From contig NIVC01000827.1 in NCBI GenBank assembly GCA_002269645.1, positions 339,929 through 403,928 on the forward strand: a stretch of 64,000 bases of DNA, in the 5' to 3' direction. This document shows positions 59,791 to 64,000 of the stretch, in pieces. The notes under the pieces are model-generated. The model worked only from the letters and a program-made list of their open reading frames with translations. It made no database searches and had not been told where the DNA came from. A program made the position numbers and the translations under genes. Source of the stretch: Macrostomum lignano (lineage: Eukaryota). Numbering within the stretch: position 1 is the first letter of the stretch; the number at the start of each line of letters is the position of its first letter.

Positions 59791-60967
59791 TGCACACCCC
59801 ACGGGCCTCGGGGAGGCCTTCGGCTCTAGGCCTTCGGGCCATCTCTAATAGGCTTTGGGGGCCTTCTAACCTGGTTTGTGGGCACGGGCTTCCTGACTGG
59901 TTCGTCGAACCGCTACTGTCCCCCGGGGAGGTTTGGTTTTTCTGATACTGCCCTGTACAGTCCTCTATAGTCTAATTTGGCTTTAAGTGTACATTAGTAC
60001 ACTCCCAATCTGGAACTTATTTATCTCTAGTGGCGTAAGAGCCTTTTTACTTAGGCTGAGGCGCCGGAAGCACTTATCATAGTCATAGTCATAGTCCAAG
60101 GACAGCTTAAGACGACTGGTATCCTTAAAGCGTCCTTGCAACCCACCAACCATATTGCTTTCCCAGCAATATTCAGACCCAAAAATCGTTCTTTTTTGGC
60201 TCAAGTCGTCAATACGGATAACAATTAGTGACCTGCAGAGAGTCCCAGCACGTGCCAGCATTCGTGACGATTGACATTGAAATTGCATGGCGATTAATAA
60301 AAAGGGTCACAGACAGGCCTCACAATACATCAATTAAAGAGACACGCCTATTTCGTGTGATTCCGATTTTGCTTAGATTAATCCTTCCCTCACCTGACCA
60401 ACAGCCAATTAGTCAGCAAAATCTGGCCGCCCCTGCCAATCGAAGGGAAATTAAAAATCGAAAAAAATAGGGTATTCGAAAATCAGTAGGTGAATGCATC
60501 GAATGAAAGTACAAAATGGAACACCGAATTGTCTCATTTTCTAGCAAGTTTTAGCGCTGTATGGGGGGGGGCTTTACTCTTCAAGCCAGGCTGGGACAGG
60601 GAAATTTTCAAGTGGCGCACCCAAACCAATTTCGATAGCTCGAACTGCTTAGAAGTCTCTCTCTCTCGCTCTCTCTCTCGCTCTCGCTCTCACTGAAATC
60701 GATTCCATCTCCTGGACGCTTGCGCGAGCAAATCTGTAATGAAACTCTGCTTTTTCAGAAAAGAAAGTTGCTCTCAGCTGCTTTTATCCGCGCCGTTATT
60801 TCCTAGTCTTCATTTAGTTTCAAGCCGACGAAATGCTGAAACTTTCTAAATCGAACTTTTTTATCTTAGTGGTGGACCCCCCCTCTCTCCCTCTCTCAAA
60901 AACCCCCGACTGTTACTGCATGACTTTAGAAAATAGTTATTTGGAATTGCATACTTTGTCTGATGCA

Positions 60968-63900
60968 GACAGGAGAGGGAGAGATACAGACAGGAGAGGG
61001 AGAGATACAGACAGGAGAGGGAGAGATACAGACAGGAGAGGGAGAGATACAGACAGGAGAGGGAGAGATACAGACATGAGAGGGAGAGATACAGAGAGGA
61101 GAGGGAGACATACAGACAGGAGAGGGAGAGATACAGACAGGAGAGGGAGAGATACAGACAGGAGAGGGAGAGATACAGACAGGAGAGGGAGAGATACAGA
61201 CAGGAGAGGGAGAGATACAGACAGGAGAGGGAGAGATACAGACAGGAGAGGGAGACATACAGACAGGAGAGGGAGGGATACAGACAGGAGAGGGAGAGAT
61301 ACAGACAGGAGAGGGAGACATACAGACAGGAGAGGGAGAGATACAGACAGGAGAGGGAGATATACAAGCAGGAGAGGGAGACATACAGACAGGAGAGGGA
61401 GGGATACAGACAGGAGAGGGAGAGATACAAACAGGAGAGGGGGACATACAGACAGGAGAGGGAGGGATACAGACAGGAGAGGGAGAGATACAAACAGGAG
61501 AGGGAGGGATACAGACAGGAGAGGGAGAGATACAGACAGGAGAGGGAGAGATACAGACAGGAGAGGGAGAGATACAGACAGGAGAGGGAGAGATGCAGAC
61601 AGGAGAGGGAGAGATACAGACAGGAGAGGGAGACATACAGACAGGAGAGGGAGGGATACAGACAGGAGAGGGAGAGATACAGACAGGAGAGGGAGACATA
61701 CAGACAGGAGAGGGAGGGATACAGACAGGAGAGGGAGACATACAGACAGGAGAGGGAGAGATACAGACAGGAGAGGGAGAGATACAGACAGGAGAGGGAG
61801 AGATACAGACAGGAGAGAGAGAGATACGAACAGGAGAGGGAGAGATACAGACAGGAGAGGGAGAGATACAAACAGGAGAGGGAGAGATACAGACAGGAGA
61901 GAGAGAGATACGAACAGGAGAGGGACAGATACAGACAGGAGAGGGAGAGTTACAGACAGGAGAGGGAGAGATACAGACAGGAGAGGGAGAGTTACAGACA
62001 GGAGAGGGAGAGATACAGACAGGAGAGAGAGAGATACGAACAGGAGAGGGAGAGATACAGACAGGAGAGGGAGAGTTACAGACAGGAGAGGGAGAGATAC
62101 AGACAGGAGAGGGAGAGTTACAGACAGGAGAGGGAGATATACAGACAGGAGAGGGAGAGATACAGACAGGAGAGGGAGAGTTACAGACAGGAGAGGGAGA
62201 TATACAGACAGGAGAGGGAGGGATACAGACAGGAGAGGGAGAGTTACAGACAGGAGAGGGAGAGTTACAGACAGGAGAGGGAGAGATACAGACAGGAGAG
62301 GGAGAGTTACAGACAGGAGAGGGAGAGTTACAGACAGGAGAGGGAGAGTTACAGACAGGAGAGGGAGAGTTACAGACAGGAGAGGGAGAGATACAGACAG
62401 GAGAGGGAGAGATACAGACAGGAGAGGGAGAGATACAAACAGGAGAGGGAGACATACAGACAGGAGAGGGAGGGATACAGACAGGAGAGGGAGAGATACA
62501 AACAGGAGAGGGGGACATACAGACAGGAGAGGGAGGGATACAGACAGGAGAGGGAGAGATACAGACAGGAGAGGGAGAGATACAGACAGGAGAGGGAGAG
62601 TTACAGACAGGAGAGGGAGAGATACAAACAGGAGAGGGAGAGATACAGACAGGAGAGGGAGAGATACAGACATGAGAGGGAGAGATACAGACAGGAGAGG
62701 GAGAGATACAGACAGGAGAGGGGGAGATACAGACAGGAGAGGGAGAGATACAGACAGGAGAGGGGGAGATACAGACAGGAGAGGGAGAGTTACAGACAGG
62801 AGAGGGAGAGATACAGACAGGAGAGGGAGAGATACAGACAGGAGAGGGAGAGATACAGACAGGAGAGGGAGGGATACAGACAGGAGAGGGAGAGATACAG
62901 ACAGGAGAGGGAGAGATACAGACATGAGAGGGAGAGATACAGACAGGAGAGGGAGAGATACAGACAGGAGAGGGGGAGATACAGACAGGAGAGGGAGAGT
63001 TACAGACAGGAGAGGGAGAGATACAGACAGGAGAGGGAGAGATACAGACAGGAGAGGGAGAGATACAGACAGGAGAGGGAGGGATACAGACAGGAGAGGG
63101 AGGGATACAGACAGGAGAGGGAGAGTTACAGACAGGAGAGGGAGAGATACAGACAGGAGAGGGAGAGATACAAACAGGAGAGGGAGACATACAGACAGGA
63201 GAGGGAGACATACAAACAGGAGAGGGAGAGATAGACAGGAGAGGGAGAGATACAGACAGGAGAGGGAGAGATACAGACAGGAGAGGGAGAGATACAGACA
63301 GGAGAGGGAGGGATACAGACAGGAGAGGGAGAGATACAAACAGGAGAGGGAGACATACAGACAGGAGAGGGAGGGATACAGACAGGAGAGGGAGAGATAC
63401 AGACAGGAGAGGGAGACATACAGACAGGAGAGGGAGGGATACAGACAGGAGAGGGAGACATACAGACAGGAGAGGAAGAGATACGGACAGGAGAGGGAGA
63501 GATACAGACAGGAGAGGGAGAGATACAGACAGGAGAGGGAGAGATACAGACAGGAGAGGGAGAGATACAGACAGGAGAGGGAGACATACAGACAGGAGAG
63601 GGAGGGATACAGACAGGAGAGGGAGAGATACAGACAGGAGAGGGAGACATACAGACAGGAGAGGGAGAGATACGAACAGGAGAGGGAGAGATACAGACAG
63701 GAGAGGGAGAGATACAGACAGGAGACGGAGAGATACAGACAGGAGAGAGAGAGATACGAACAGGAGAGGGAGAGATACAGACAGGAGAGGGAGAGTTACA
63801 GACAGGAGAGGGAGAGATACAGACAGGAGAGGGAGAGTTACAGACAGGAGAGGGAGAGTTACAGACAGGAGAGGGAGAGATACAGACAGGAGAGGGAGAG

Positions 63901-64000
63901 TTACAGACAGGAGAGGGAGAGTTACAGACAGGAGAGGGAGAGTTACAGACAGGAGAGGGAGAGATACAGACAGGAGAGGGAGAGATACAGACAGGAGAGG
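60968..64000. repeat. 21-bp GA-rich minisatellite (ACAGACAGGAGAGGGAGAGAT), more than 3 kb, runs off the window
   Basis: About 140 copies with variant units. Confidence 0.97.

Noticed and set aside
60861-63650. Very long ORFs (761 aa, 800 aa, 360 aa) with SPSPVCI, QTGEGEI or LPLLSVS repeats
   Set aside because: Translations of a 21-bp minisatellite; the unit is a multiple of 3 and open in several frames on both strands.

Overview
Eukaryotic animal genomic DNA. The minisatellite-filled introns and ATG-less phase-0 first exons suggest a trans-splicing flatworm, possibly Macrostomum-like (inference, not verified). Most long ORFs in the supplied track are artefacts of tandem repeats, and the real genes have to be spliced by hand. 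Recognisable genes: a DEG/ENaC (ASIC-like) channel broken by about 6 single-base frameshifts (minus), LACTB2 (minus, 4 exons), TTC4 (plus, 4 exons, 13-kb last intron), PTPMT1 (plus, single exon, no ATG) and PIGZ (plus, 3 exons). Unidentified genes: a 3-exon orphan membrane-protein gene, the last exon of a single-pass membrane protein, and the first exons of a polyQ protein. The rest is dense, nested mobile DNA: an LTR with tRNA-Leu PBS, Tc1/IS630-like, hAT, CACTA/EnSpm, PHD-FLYWCH MULE-like, mariner, RTE LINE fragments, a tRNA-SINE, several MITEs and about 15 minisatellites. The most notable signal is the tightly packed co-oriented TTC4-PTPMT1-PIGZ cluster. The first coding exons of TTC4 and PIGZ begin in frame right after a 3' splice site with no ATG. 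This is what would be expected if the 3'-terminal AUG of a flatworm spliced leader supplies the start codon in a polycistronic unit.
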